Origin: a virus
Direction: 5' to 3' (one strand)
DNA: 64,000 nucleotides
IMG/VR virus record: IMGVR_UViG_3300045988_161046
Location: 37,807 to 101,806 of that record
The notes below the pieces were generated by a model that made no database searches, was not told the DNA's origin, and worked only from the letters and a program-made list of their open reading frames with translations. Within the stretch, counting starts at the first letter, position 1. Every line of letters starts with the position of its first letter. Shown here in pieces: positions 8,662-17,805 of the stretch. Both the position numbers and the translations under genes were made by a program.

Positions 8662-10349
8662 TTCTCGTTTCCAGGTGGTGGCATAGGCTGCGCAGCCACA
8701 CCCACCAGATGGTGGATTTTTCTTGCGTCTATGCCCTTATCTCGCCCAGAAGGTGTAGTTGTAGGCGACGATACAAGATAGCCGCATACAGACTTAAAAT
8801 CTCTGGTGTACGATGGTGATGCAAGCAACTCGGCAATATTCATCTTTACGATAGCCGCAGGAACGGAAGCATAAGGGTGTTTTATTTCTTTCTCTTCTTC
8901 CTCCTTATCCTGTGCCAAATCTGCATGCTCCTTCGCCTTCAATGCATCCTTGAACATTTTATCCAGCTTCACGCCCTTGTAGGCGAAGAAAGCGCAGCCA
9001 CGATAACTGTTAGCCTTATTCCGTCTATCATCAGGCATGAACTCCTTGCAGAAACCGGAAAGGGTGTAAACCTTGCCCTGATATACCACCTTGTTATTGT
9101 CTATCGTGATAACCCTCTGCCCACCATGGATAAAAGTAATGATGTCGCCAGGCTCGATACCGATTTTATCAAAAGCAAACTTGCGGCTATCATCTACAGA
9201 CTTCTTTTTCTTCTCTGAAGATAATGCAGCTTTCTCTTCTGCCGCAGGAGCAGTGATTTCGCAGGTCTTCTGTAATAGCTTAACACCTTTGCCTGGTTCC
9301 CCCGCATCATATACGCCATCAGCCACCTTTTCGCCGATATATGAATCACCATCCTTGCGAGGGCAGAGCAGATAAACGTTTCCGTTCTCACTCTCAGCCA
9401 TCTTCAGAGTCTTCTCATTGATACCCAGATAGAGAATATCCAACTGAGGGATAGAGAGAAGATGCTCTGTGCCGAAACTAAGGGCAAAGCTATGTTTCAA
9501 TACTTCATCGGTGGCAAAGGTGGCTACGTTCTCGCCCATCTTTACCGTGATAACCTTCTCGCCCTTCTTTCCGGAAAGAGAAACATATTCCTCTCCAGAT
9601 ACAGAATAGATCATCTTGCGGATAGCATCCCAGCTGCCGCCGATACGGACGCAATATCCGTCGAAGATGTTGCCGAAGCAGGATGCCCAGTCTACGAACC
9701 GACAAGGAGAAGGTTCATAAGAAGTCATGCCATCAAACTCTATTACGGTAGTCTCTTCACGATTATCCAGTTTCACGGCCGCCAGTTCGTACACTTCACC
9801 CGGCTTCATCTTTGCGCACATCTTCTTCCAGGTCTTCGCATTGATGAGCATTTCGCGGGTATCCCCCGATTTCTGGGTGATGGTAACAGGCATAGCCAGC
9901 AGCTTATGGCTATCAGTAGCCACCAGGCGGTTTCTCTCTGCATCTATAAATATACTGATTATTGCCTCCATATCATGCTTTTTATAGACGAAATCGCAAA
10001 GTTCTGCCATCTCCTTGGTAGCCTGAAAACATACGCAGCCACGTTCCTTCTCGTTCTCTTCCTGATAAGTAAACATGCGCGCATTCTTGCCAATGCCGGC
10101 AAGACCCTCGAACTTAGTAACAAGACGGAAGATATACGCAGCAGCAAACTCGCAGCGGAAGCTGCCTACCTCTATCTGGAATGACTGATCTTTATCTGCA
10201 TCACCCCAATAAAAAATCTTACCCATGTTCTTTGCTATCTCGCTGGCACGGAAACAACCGTGGTCGTTTCTTACCATCTTCTGCCAAATCATTTCGGCTA
10301 TCTCATACAGTTTGTTGAGGATAGCCATATTCAGTTCCTTATTTGTCAT
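8595..10349 (-). CDS. sliding-clamp (DnaN)-like domain protein with extra N- and C-terminal domains
   Basis: ERNRLVATDSHKLLAMPV resembles the clamp motif LVATDGHRLA; later ...ALSFGTEHLLSIP...NVYLLCPRK resembles the clamp C-terminal domain; last ~25 aa are encoded by the REP-like repeat. Confidence 0.4.
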   Translation of the reverse strand: MTNKELNMAILNKLYEIAEMIWQKMVRNDHGCFRASEIAKNMGKIFYWGDADKDQSFQIEVGSFRCEFAAAYIFRLVTKFEGLAGIGKNARMFTYQEENEKERGCVCFQATKEMAELCDFVYKKHDMEAIISIFIDAERNRLVATDSHKLLAMPVTITQKSGDTREMLINAKTWKKMCAKMKPGEVYELAAVKLDNREETTVIEFDGMTSYEPSPCRFVDWASCFGNIFDGYCVRIGGSWDAIRKMIYSVSGEEYVSLSGKKGEKVITVKMGENVATFATDEVLKHSFALSFGTEHLLSIPQLDILYLGINEKTLKMAESENGNVYLLCPRKDGDSYIGEKVADGVYDAGEPGKGVKLLQKTCEITAPAAEEKAALSSEKKKKSVDDSRKFAFDKIGIEPGDIITFIHGGQRVITIDNNKVVYQGKVYTLSGFCKEFMPDDRRNKANSYRGCAFFAYKGVKLDKMFKDALKAKEHADLAQDKEEEEKEIKHPYASVPAAIVKMNIAELLASPSYTRDFKSVCGYLVSSPTTTPSGRDKGIDARKIHHLVGVAAQPMPPPGNEKKLLPLQGERGALMITQGAALG

Positions 10350-10393
10350 AGTCTTATAATCTTTAAAAACGAAAGTATTAAAATTGATATATT

Positions 10394-10516
10394 TTATTTG
10401 AATGCTCCAGCCAGAAGTGGCAGGAAGAACACAGCTACGCCGATGGTAGAGAATAGCAGCACGGCTACACCTACCAGGGCGATGGCTGCAACGGAATATG
10501 TAATTACTTTTTTCAT
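10394..10516 (-). CDS. 40-aa hydrophobic small membrane protein
   Basis: Manual translation MKKVITYSVAAIALVGVAVLLFSTIGVAVFFLPLLAGAFK; shares the leader aaagtattaaaattgat with the next gene. Confidence 0.35.
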   Translation of the reverse strand: MKKVITYSVAAIALVGVAVLLFSTIGVAVFFLPLLAGAFK

Positions 10517-10567
10517 AATGCTATAATCTTTTTAAAGTATTAAAATTGATGTTTATAATTTTATCTC

Positions 10568-10593
10568 AGCATCGGTAAAGTTTTGCCGATGCT
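10568..10593. terminator. hairpin agcatcgg-N10-ccgatgct
   Basis: Overlaps the stop of 10592-10777. Confidence 0.35.
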
Positions 10594-10777
10594 ATAATGA
10601 AGGGTTTTCCTGCGCCTTTAAGGTCGCAGCCTCGATAGCGCGTACAATATCCGTGATATATCTGCTGCCTCCATGTTTTCTTATCCAGTTGTGAACGTCA
10701 TTGGGTACTACGTATTTATGCACGCTGCCCTCGGCTGCGCGTCTGCCTCTCTTATTCGTTGTTTTAATATTCTCCAT
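10592..10777 (-). CDS. hypothetical small basic protein
   Basis: ORF track; leader CAGCCCTACTGCATCACGGATAAGCGGA directly upstream. Confidence 0.5.
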   Translation of the reverse strand: MENIKTTNKRGRRAAEGSVHKYVVPNDVHNWIRKHGGSRYITDIVRAIEAATLKAQENPSL

Positions 10778-10885
10778 AAAAATCCGCTTATCCGTGATGC
10801 AGTAGGGCTGTAAATTTATTAAAATTCTATAATAATTCGGGTGAAATGATACAATGTATCGTTTTATTCCTTAAATTTGCACTCG

Positions 10886-11086
10886 TCTTCGGAAGGCTTT
10901 TAATCGTACCTTTATGGATATTGATTTAATCGTACCTTTATGGAATGGAAAGAGCAATAAAAACTTCCGTTGACGGTCAGACTTTCAAAAGTCTGTGGAT
11001 TTAAACGCTCTTAATGAGCCAAATTTCTACTATAGTAGATTCGAGACGCCAGACTCGCAGTGCCCCGGCTTAGGTCGGGGCTTTTT
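10886..11086 (+). ncRNA. candidate plus-strand small RNA (speculative 5' end)
   Basis: Orphan plus-strand intrinsic terminator at 11062-11086; TAAATTTG box at 10872-10879; two 20-nt direct repeats ttaatcgtacctttatgga (about 10901-10945); hairpin cagacttt/aaagtctg. Confidence 0.2.
11062..11086 (+). terminator. intrinsic terminator on plus strand
   Basis: gccccg-gcttaggt-cggggc followed by ttttt. Confidence 0.6.
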
Positions 11087-11462
11087 CGTTTCGTGCATAA
11101 ACGCCAATTTTATGAAACTCCAACGTCGTGTGGTTATCAGGATAACTACAGTCCTCAAACATAACCCAATAACCTTGCTTGTCCAGGAATATCTGACCGA
11201 TTGAGCTTGCAAAGTCCTTTGGTTCGCCTGCCAATCTATTGCATATTATCCTAGTCAAGTCTTTATAAGGCTGTCTTTGTTCGTCTATGATACGGAAAGA
11301 GTATATATTCTTATCTCTTCCGGTAATCGTCAGCGTGGTTATTAACCCTTCGATCGTTCCAACTCTTTTGTATGTATCACCCTTACACTCCAAAGACTCA
11401 CCATTATCAAACAATCGTCTTGCAAGAAACGTTGTCGTATTGCTACAAATAATCTCAGACAT
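11070..11462 (-). CDS. hypothetical protein
   Basis: ORF track; leader CAGCCCTAGGCGCATCACGGTTAAGCGGA upstream. Confidence 0.55.
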   Translation of the reverse strand: MSEIICSNTTTFLARRLFDNGESLECKGDTYKRVGTIEGLITTLTITGRDKNIYSFRIIDEQRQPYKDLTRIICNRLAGEPKDFASSIGQIFLDKQGYWVMFEDCSYPDNHTTLEFHKIGVYARNEKAPT

Positions 11463-11503
11463 AATTATTCCGCTTAACCGTGATGCGCCTAGGGCTGAAA
11501 TGA

Positions 11504-12034
11504 TTATTCCTTAAAATTTACACCTTTGAGCGGATCATTATCACCGCTGTTCTCAATCCTGATGCCTTCCGGCTTTTCCAGAAGGAGTTTTCTCGTAGCC
11601 TCCAGCATCATAATGGTGTGGATGGTGGCCTGTCTTGCGTGATAATCTGAGCCGGCATCATCCACATACTGCTTATTCATGCGGACCAACGTGTTCAGGA
11701 AGTCAGCGCACTCCTCGCGGCTCGGATTCTTCACGTGAACCTCGCAGGTAACAGCCTTCATGAAGTACTCCATACCCTTCTTCAATAAGGTTCTTATTCT
11801 GCCCGTATCAGGGTGCTGTCCTATCATCTGGTGAATCTTGATTCTCAGGCTGCACCCATGGCGAGGGAAACCGATGCGGTAATCATCGCCTACCTCCTCC
11901 TTTTCCTCGTCGATGTAATCTACCTTTGCGATAAAACCGCAATCCTTATCAGTGCAGACAAGGAAGTCGCACTCACCACGCTTGTGATTTCGCAGCGTGT
12001 CTATAATAAACAGGGGAATTTCTCTTTTTGCCAT
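11504..12034 (-). CDS. hypothetical protein
   Basis: ORF track. Confidence 0.6.
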   Translation of the reverse strand: MAKREIPLFIIDTLRNHKRGECDFLVCTDKDCGFIAKVDYIDEEKEEVGDDYRIGFPRHGCSLRIKIHQMIGQHPDTGRIRTLLKKGMEYFMKAVTCEVHVKNPSREECADFLNTLVRMNKQYVDDAGSDYHARQATIHTIMMLEATRKLLLEKPEGIRIENSGDNDPLKGVNFKE

Positions 12035-12047
12035 ATCTCCAAGTATT

Positions 12048-12272
12048 TTATGATTCTTTGTACAGCTGACAGTACAGCTCTGATCTCATGCGCTTGATAT
12101 AGAAGACCACTTCGCCGGGTGCTGGCTGATAGTCTGATTTTACAAACATTGCATTTTCGCCATCTGTGGCTACATACTTTTCCATCCCGTAAGTATTCTT
12201 AGGGATGCTACCCTCATAGTAGCTTTTAGCTACAGAGGATAGCTGCAAAGGTGATAATATCATTTTTTCCAT
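12048..12272 (-). CDS. hypothetical protein
   Basis: ORF track. Confidence 0.5.
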   Translation of the reverse strand: MEKMILSPLQLSSVAKSYYEGSIPKNTYGMEKYVATDGENAMFVKSDYQPAPGEVVFYIKRMRSELYCQLYKES

Positions 12273-12276
12273 ATTC

Positions 12277-12501
12277 TTATAAATCTATATTAGTACCAGG
12301 AAGACCGAACCATTCTGGATAAAGCTTTTCTATCGGATCTCCCTCGCCCCAATTATTCAACATATTAATATCATTGTCGCAGTAAATATCCCAACCTTTT
12401 TCACGAAGGTAAGTTTTTACATGTTTCTTAGATGTTGCTGTAATGTGCATATACGCACGGCTTGCGTGATTATATACAGAGTAAGTTCTAATTCTTGCCA
12501 T
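12277..12501 (-). CDS. hypothetical protein
   Basis: ORF track. Confidence 0.5.
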   Translation of the reverse strand: MARIRTYSVYNHASRAYMHITATSKKHVKTYLREKGWDIYCDNDINMLNNWGEGDPIEKLYPEWFGLPGTNIDL

Positions 12502-12521
12502 AATCTATAAATCTTTAAACG

Positions 12522-13127
12522 TTAAAAAATAAGCGAAAAACGCTGCTTAACATCGAGTTCAAACTTTTCCTTGCTCACAGGATCGATGTCAGCATGCTCG
12601 TCGCACCAAAATTCCCAAGCCTCGAAAGCTTCATCTTCATCGTCAAAACCATCAAAACTGAATGATGTAACACTCTTAGATGTTGATACTTCGATGTTGG
12701 CAGGGTAGAACTTAATTCCGTGAATGCGGGTAAGACCTTTCTTGTTGACTGCATAGTCTTTGATGTCCTCGGAATTGTCGATGTATGAAGGAATCTTGTC
12801 ATACACATAAGCCTGATAAAGCGCCTCAATCTCCTCCTCGTTGCAGTCTTCGAGTTCCTTTACTCGCCAGGTACCGTAATCGTTGTCGTAATCAATCTGG
12901 CCAGTCTCATCCTCGATATTGTCGCGACCTTCCAAAAGAACATTACCAGCACGATCAAGAAGCTGCCACTGCTCATTAGGAAGCGGATTGCCGTCGATGT
13001 CGGTATCATTGATGATGTCATCCTCTCTGATAACGTCAGCCAATGATTGTACGCTAGGTACGAAAATAATTTTTCTACCGTTGAGGTTCTTGATGTTAAA
13101 AGCTACGATAATCTTATCTGTTGTCAT
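12522..13127 (-). CDS. hypothetical, strongly acidic protein
   Basis: ORF track; Asp/Glu-rich throughout. Confidence 0.6.
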   Translation of the reverse strand: MTTDKIIVAFNIKNLNGRKIIFVPSVQSLADVIREDDIINDTDIDGNPLPNEQWQLLDRAGNVLLEGRDNIEDETGQIDYDNDYGTWRVKELEDCNEEEIEALYQAYVYDKIPSYIDNSEDIKDYAVNKKGLTRIHGIKFYPANIEVSTSKSVTSFSFDGFDDEDEAFEAWEFWCDEHADIDPVSKEKFELDVKQRFSLIF

Positions 13128-13218
13128 ATTTCTCTGCTCATGCCCTTGAGACTTATTTGGCTATCTGGCACAGCCTGTTATTATTATTGTTGTTATTATC
13201 TTCTTGTTTTATCTGATG

Positions 13219-13250
13219 CAAAGGTACTAATAATTTTTGAAACTACCAAA
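13219..13250 (-). promoter_or_regulatory. Class-I promoter (TTTGGTAGTTTC, 20-nt gap, TACCTTTG)
   Basis: Canonical 20-nt gap; about 90 nt upstream of ATG 13127. Confidence 0.55.
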
Positions 13251-13420
13251 TAAAATGCACTTTAATTGCATATTTAGGTGCGTTTTTAACGTTTTATTAC
13301 GTTTCTAATGCTCAATACCCCGTTTATCAGTCATTTGTTCGCCGTGAAGTGTCGATCCTCACATCTTCTATAGATGTTGCCAGCCGTGGCAGCGATAAGC
13401 AAAGGCAAGGTGGTTAAGGC

Positions 13421-13448
13421 TTTTTTACCTTTTTACCCTTTTACCTTT
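13421..13448 (-). repeat. Class-B array B3
   Basis: ttttttacctttttacccttttaccttt. Confidence 0.75.
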
Positions 13449-13453
13449 AAAAA

Positions 13454-13480
13454 TCTGCTGCTATCCTCACGGACCGCAGA
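13454..13480 (-). terminator. conserved-loop hairpin terminator T2
   Basis: Minus sense tctgc-GGTCCGTGAGGATAGCA-gcaga then ttttt. Confidence 0.5.
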
Positions 13481-13667
13481 CAGCTGAGTTAAACTAAAAC
13501 AAATGCGAACGCCTTCGCACATAAACATTTAATTTTTAAAGTTATTTAAAAGAATAATTGCACCCCGCCGTGGTGTCGCTCCACCTTTTGCCGGTCTGCC
13601 GGACGGGGTAGGGGAAGGCTCTCAGGCTTCCCCTGATATGATTGATTTTGCATGATGGATAAACATC

Positions 13668-14243
13668 CTATGCCGCATCACCTTGCGCATAGCGCTTATT
13701 GTGGCAGGCCTTATATTCCTCCTCGGTCATACCTTTCTCAGTAAGATAATTCTCCCATTGACCTTCACGGATGTACTCCTCTTTCTTTTCCTCGAAGGTA
13801 TGAGGAGCGAAGCTCTCAGCAACGTAATAAGCCTCACATCGCAGTTCGATGCCATCGCCTATCCACTGTCCTGATAATAGACGGTTCTCCTCGTCCGGGT
13901 CTTCCTCATCCTCCTCCATCTGCTCATCGAAATGCTCGATAGCGTATTTAATTATCGTGCGGATGTCCTTCGCCCATGAGCTGGTATCGTCAGGGCTGAT
14001 ATTGCATTCCTGCAGTACCATATTCACCAGCTCGTCGATACCCTTGCGACTCTTGATGTATGCGTTGTGATAGAAGTCGAAAGGGATGATGTGATCCAAC
14101 TTCCAGTCCTTCTCCTCATTGACCGATGGTCGGCCGTATGCCTTGCGGCTCTCTTCTGTTACCTGCACTTCTTCTACATTCTCAATAACGTTCATACCGT
14201 TCTCTTTATTATTCTTTGCTTCCATAATTTCTAAATTTTTCAT
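13668..14243 (-). CDS. hypothetical protein
   Basis: ORF track. Confidence 0.6.
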   Translation of the reverse strand: MKNLEIMEAKNNKENGMNVIENVEEVQVTEESRKAYGRPSVNEEKDWKLDHIIPFDFYHNAYIKSRKGIDELVNMVLQECNISPDDTSSWAKDIRTIIKYAIEHFDEQMEEDEEDPDEENRLLSGQWIGDGIELRCEAYYVAESFAPHTFEEKKEEYIREGQWENYLTEKGMTEEEYKACHNKRYAQGDAA

Positions 14244-14291
14244 GTTGTTATAAATATTGTGATTGATATATTGCCCTATAATTTGGGAGAT

Positions 14292-14615
14292 TTAGAAATC
14301 TCCCTCCATATAGACTTCGCCCTCCTGGGAGTAATCGCGATATAATTTCTTCGTGATAGTCATTCCAGATGTTTCTATCTTCCTAGGGATGATTAATCGG
14401 GAATCAATATCGCAATCATCGCAGAACACCCACAGGTCGGAATCTTTTTCCTTTTCGTACACCAGTATGCCCGCCGTTTTTCTGAAGGCTCTGGCAGCCG
14501 TGCCCATGCCACACCTGATTACTACCATATCTTCCTCGGTTGACCACCAGCCTACAGCCACCGGCTTCACTACCTTGTTGCCGATAGTCAATATATAAGT
14601 ATATTCTTTTCTCAT
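14292..14615 (-). CDS. hypothetical protein
   Basis: ORF track 14292..14660; start moved to MRKEYTY (14615), just after the upstream stop at 14621. Confidence 0.55.
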   Translation of the reverse strand: MRKEYTYILTIGNKVVKPVAVGWWSTEEDMVVIRCGMGTAARAFRKTAGILVYEKEKDSDLWVFCDDCDIDSRLIIPRKIETSGMTITKKLYRDYSQEGEVYMEGDF

Positions 14616-14620
14616 AACTT

Positions 14621-14977
14621 CTAATTTTTTACACGTTCTATAATATTCGTATAATACCACACTACTGCCTGCGCCATCGCATCTTTCAATGCCTCCAGAT
14701 ACTTGTCGATAGCTGCCGGCGTATCGGTATTGATATGCTTATCTGGATATTTGTCGCCCTGGTCGCCACTGCCCAGATGGATGATGCAGAAGGAGCGGTC
14801 CGTGTCGTGGGTAGCTACCATACCACGGCGCTTGCAAAGTGACACTACCTTGTCGAAATATTGTGGCTCGAAGGTGATTACCTGGAGCACACTCCAGGGA
14901 TATTCCTGGGCAGTCAGCAGGATTTTGCCCTGCTGCTGCGAAATAGCGAAATTATATATAACCGATGATTTCTTCAT
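14621..14977 (-). CDS. hypothetical protein
   Basis: ORF track. Confidence 0.6.
   Translation of the reverse strand: MKKSSVIYNFAISQQQGKILLTAQEYPWSVLQVITFEPQYFDKVVSLCKRRGMVATHDTDRSFCIIHLGSGDQGDKYPDKHINTDTPAAIDKYLEALKDAMAQAVVWYYTNIIERVKN
14635..14645 (-). promoter_or_regulatory. early-leader motif copy (TATTATAGAAC)
   Basis: gttctataata 19 nt upstream of ATG 14615. Confidence 0.5.
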
Positions 14978-14986
14978 TTTCTATCT

Positions 14987-14996
14987 GTTCTATAAT
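14987..14996 (-). promoter_or_regulatory. early-leader motif copy (partial)
   Basis: gttctataat 9 nt upstream of ATG 14977. Confidence 0.4.
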
Positions 14997-15020
14997 GAGT
15001 GATTTCTAATTTTTCCGATG

Positions 15021-15060
15021 GGCAATAATAGGGCAGCGCTCAGGCTGCCTTATTATTGCC
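15021..15060. terminator. 17-bp-stem hairpin
   Basis: ggcaataatagggcagc-gctcag-gctgccttattattgcc, overlapping the stop of 15040-15678. Confidence 0.45.
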
Positions 15061-15678
15061 AGGGTATGTGATAAACTCGGAGATGCTCATCTGCTCGAAG
15101 ATGTTGTAATAAGCCATTATTTCCAGGCGATCATCGCCGTTCTTAGCCCCGATTTCAGCCTTCACTATATAATACAGCATGTAGGCAAGATAGGCTTCCT
15201 GACAGTCGCTCGTATGGTTAAATAAGGCTGCACGGTTCCAGTCTTTAATATCATTACTCAGAAAGGACCAGAACCCATCGCTGGAAGAGTGATTTTCCTT
15301 GATCCAGACGGCTATCTCTTCACGGTGATTTCTTACCTTTGCTATAATTGCCTTCTTTGCCTCGCTAGATAACCCGATTTTAACCTGGATGGTATCGGTG
15401 CTGAAATTATAAGCCAGTGGGTGCTGAACACCTACGAAGGATAATTTAATATCTTTGCAAACATACTGCTGGAGCCAGCGTTCCCACTGCTTGGTGTATG
15501 CCTCGCAAACTGCCTTCTGGTAACTGTCTTCATTGAAGGTGAAATCCTCATCCTCTACAACTTCGTTCCGGTACTCGTAATCTGATACCTCAAAAGAAGA
15601 ATCCCAGATAGTCTGATACAAGCCTTCGAAGCTTACCAGGTCGATGTTTGATACATCTAATTTCTTTTTCTTTTCCAT
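15040..15678 (-). CDS. hypothetical protein
   Basis: ORF track. Confidence 0.6.
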   Translation of the reverse strand: MEKKKKLDVSNIDLVSFEGLYQTIWDSSFEVSDYEYRNEVVEDEDFTFNEDSYQKAVCEAYTKQWERWLQQYVCKDIKLSFVGVQHPLAYNFSTDTIQVKIGLSSEAKKAIIAKVRNHREEIAVWIKENHSSSDGFWSFLSNDIKDWNRAALFNHTSDCQEAYLAYMLYYIVKAEIGAKNGDDRLEIMAYYNIFEQMSISEFITYPGNNKAA

Positions 15679-15696
15679 AACCTTAAAATTTTAAAT

Positions 15697-15707
15697 GTTC
15701 TATAATA
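15697..15707 (-). promoter_or_regulatory. early-leader motif copy
   Basis: gttctataata 18 nt upstream of ATG 15678. Confidence 0.5.
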
Positions 15708-15735
15708 TGTTATTTTTCTTTATTCCCAGGGAATC

Positions 15736-16443
15736 CTACTTTTGAGGATTCCCTGATACGATACGCACGCTATAATAAGGCGTACTGAAAGGGTATCTTA
15801 CTTCGTTAACGAAGTACTCGACAGACGGTGTACTCATTGCCAGGGTATCCTGGCAAATTACCCGTCCATTCATACCATGCACCATCATGTTAAGTGCACA
15901 CATTTTACATACCAGCGGATCTGAGTCTTGAGCAATATACTGGAATGGTCGCCCAGCTGAATTGTCCAGTTTACTAGCCTCGATAAAATGAGCCAAGAGG
16001 AGTCTGCCACTGCCAGCTGCACAATCATACACCGTGATGCCTTCTATTTTCGTGCTAGTGGCTTCGTTTTTGCCAGAGCCTATAATGGAGCTCATCAGGG
16101 TAGAAGCACTCTGAGGAGTGAAAAATTGCCCCGTTTTCGATGCCTTGCCAGCGGTTAAATACATATCCTCATACAGCATACCGAAAACGTCGAGCCACTG
16201 GCCGCGGTCCATAGTCTGGCTAACATCATTCAACCAAGCCACAGCCAAAACGCCAAACTTTGGTTTAGCCTGAAGGCGCTTCTGCTGCCAGTTTTTAAAA
16301 CCGTCCAGAGTACCGTCAAAAGCCTTCACGCTGAACAGGTCAAGCAGATAGTCACAAAAATCACTGAGCGCCGTTTCGTATGGTCGCCCGTCTGCCTTCG
16401 TCTGCTGGCTCAGATAATCAATATAAAATTTCTTGTTTATCAT
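15736..16443 (-). CDS. N6-adenine MTase-like protein lacking the catalytic (D/N)PP(Y/F) motif
   Basis: GQFFTPQSASTLM (motif X-like), VYDCAAGSGRLLL (motif I), QDSDPLVCKMCALNMMVHG; the ORF ends about 30 aa later without NPPF/Y. Confidence 0.55.
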   Translation of the reverse strand: MINKKFYIDYLSQQTKADGRPYETALSDFCDYLLDLFSVKAFDGTLDGFKNWQQKRLQAKPKFGVLAVAWLNDVSQTMDRGQWLDVFGMLYEDMYLTAGKASKTGQFFTPQSASTLMSSIIGSGKNEATSTKIEGITVYDCAAGSGRLLLAHFIEASKLDNSAGRPFQYIAQDSDPLVCKMCALNMMVHGMNGRVICQDTLAMSTPSVEYFVNEVRYPFSTPYYSVRIVSGNPQK

Positions 16444-16463
16444 AAATCCTCAAAAATTTAAAC

Positions 16464-16474
16464 GTTCTATAATA
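16464..16474 (-). promoter_or_regulatory. early-leader motif copy
   Basis: gttctataata 20 nt upstream of ATG 16443; second partial copy at 16490-16500. Confidence 0.5.
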
Positions 16475-16531
16475 AGTAATATTTCACTCGTTCTATAAAC
16501 AGATGCCCTGGATAGTCTCCAGGGCTAGCTG

Positions 16532-17356
16532 CTAGCATTCCCAGACGTGACTAACAAGCGGGTATTTTTCCAGGTCGTGTTCACGTGCCCAGCTTTTTAT
16601 TGTACCGTCGGTTTTTATCAATTCATGAAATGCAGCCTCAATTTTGCGTACCTGTTCCACGTACTTTGCATAATGTTTGATACTTTCTTTATATTTGGCT
16701 ATATCCTGTCTTTTATCCAAGATATACCCGTCGATCACCCCCAGGGCTTTTTCTGCCTCCATACGGTCGCCCGTGGTCCATTCCCACGCCTCATATATCT
16801 TAGAGCATGCAGTAGGATAGAGTGTAATACCTGGAGCATACTCCCCGTATGAATTAATCGCAAACATAAACAGGCAGTCTTCACAAAAGCTACAATTAAA
16901 GCCCGTCGCCTTCGTTGCAGCGTCCAGGAAGCGCTTATTTATCACTTTGCCGTCGAAGGTACTGCAAACGTCCTTAAGCGCCTTCAGGGCTATAATTTCT
17001 TTATTTGTGCGGTCCACGAGTTTATCGACGTGTTCGCGGTACTTTCTTACTTCCTCGTTTTTCTTGCGCCGCTGCCAGGCCTTCACGGCGTTCTGGTAAT
17101 CTTTTTTCGTGCCTATAATATAATTTTTTGGCTTATCTCGTTCAATAAAGCCACGGCGCATGCAAAACTCATTTCTCAGGATTCCATACTCTTTCGCGTT
17201 TTCTTCACTGCTGAAGGTTTTTGATGTTGGGACAGAAAGAGTATCATAAAACCACAGGAAAACATCTCCTGAGTCTTCAGACAAAACGCCCAGGCGGTCC
17301 GCGATATTCACGATATTTTCTTTCTCTAAATTATTTAAATCTATCTTTGTTTCCAT
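16532..17356 (-). CDS. hypothetical protein
   Basis: ORF track. Confidence 0.6.
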   Translation of the reverse strand: METKIDLNNLEKENIVNIADRLGVLSEDSGDVFLWFYDTLSVPTSKTFSSEENAKEYGILRNEFCMRRGFIERDKPKNYIIGTKKDYQNAVKAWQRRKKNEEVRKYREHVDKLVDRTNKEIIALKALKDVCSTFDGKVINKRFLDAATKATGFNCSFCEDCLFMFAINSYGEYAPGITLYPTACSKIYEAWEWTTGDRMEAEKALGVIDGYILDKRQDIAKYKESIKHYAKYVEQVRKIEAAFHELIKTDGTIKSWAREHDLEKYPLVSHVWEC

Positions 17357-17376
17357 AATTCCTCAAAATTTAAATT

Positions 17377-17387
17377 GTTCTATAATA
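17377..17387 (-). promoter_or_regulatory. early-leader motif copy
   Basis: gttctataata 20 nt upstream of ATG 17356. Confidence 0.5.
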
Positions 17388-17406
17388 TAGTGATATTTTA
17401 CACGTT

Positions 17407-17787
17407 TTATAATTTAAAGCCTTCCTTCTCGAAATCTGAAACGAACTCTTCACGAATCGAAGTCCACACCTGAATATTACGCCTTTTATAGGTGCAATCA
17501 AATTCAACCTCAGTGCGCGCCTTAAAAACAAGGCCTATTTGTTCCGCTCCTTCGTCGGTATCTCGATACATACCTGTAGCGGTTTTAATGCCGTTTTTGG
17601 TCAAATCGACACACCATTCACGGCTTAAAATCTCGCTGAATGCCTGGCACGCCTCCTTCAGGTTTTCTGCCTGGATCTCGCTGTGCTGATTTCTTATATC
17701 GATCCAAAAATCAGCTCTCTTAATATTACCTTCTTTGTCATATGATTCTGAAGGTGTCACTGTGTAGCAAAAATGAAAAGTCTTCAT
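17407..17787 (-). CDS. hypothetical protein
   Basis: ORF track. Confidence 0.6.
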   Translation of the reverse strand: MKTFHFCYTVTPSESYDKEGNIKRADFWIDIRNQHSEIQAENLKEACQAFSEILSREWCVDLTKNGIKTATGMYRDTDEGAEQIGLVFKARTEVEFDCTYKRRNIQVWTSIREEFVSDFEKEGFKL

Positions 17788-17805
17788 AACCTTAAAAATT
17801 TAAAT

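Noticed and set aside
9462-10184. 240-aa plus-strand ORF, and similar long antisense ORFs (40997-41542, 48667-49248, 49447-50495, 56868-57518, 62731-63390)
   Set aside because: These are shadow ORFs opposite longer minus-strand genes that have recognisable motifs or operon context.
10260-10526. Plus-strand 88-aa ORF
   Set aside because: It overlaps the 5' end of the clamp-like gene and is antisense to a better small hydrophobic minus-strand ORF (10394-10516) that has a conserved leader.
13561-13635. GC-rich multi-hairpin after gene 13668-14243 as a tRNA-like or ncRNA gene
   Set aside because: It is only about 50-75 nt of stacked hairpins with no recognisable family features. It may just be a structured 3' UTR, and the evidence is too weak to call.
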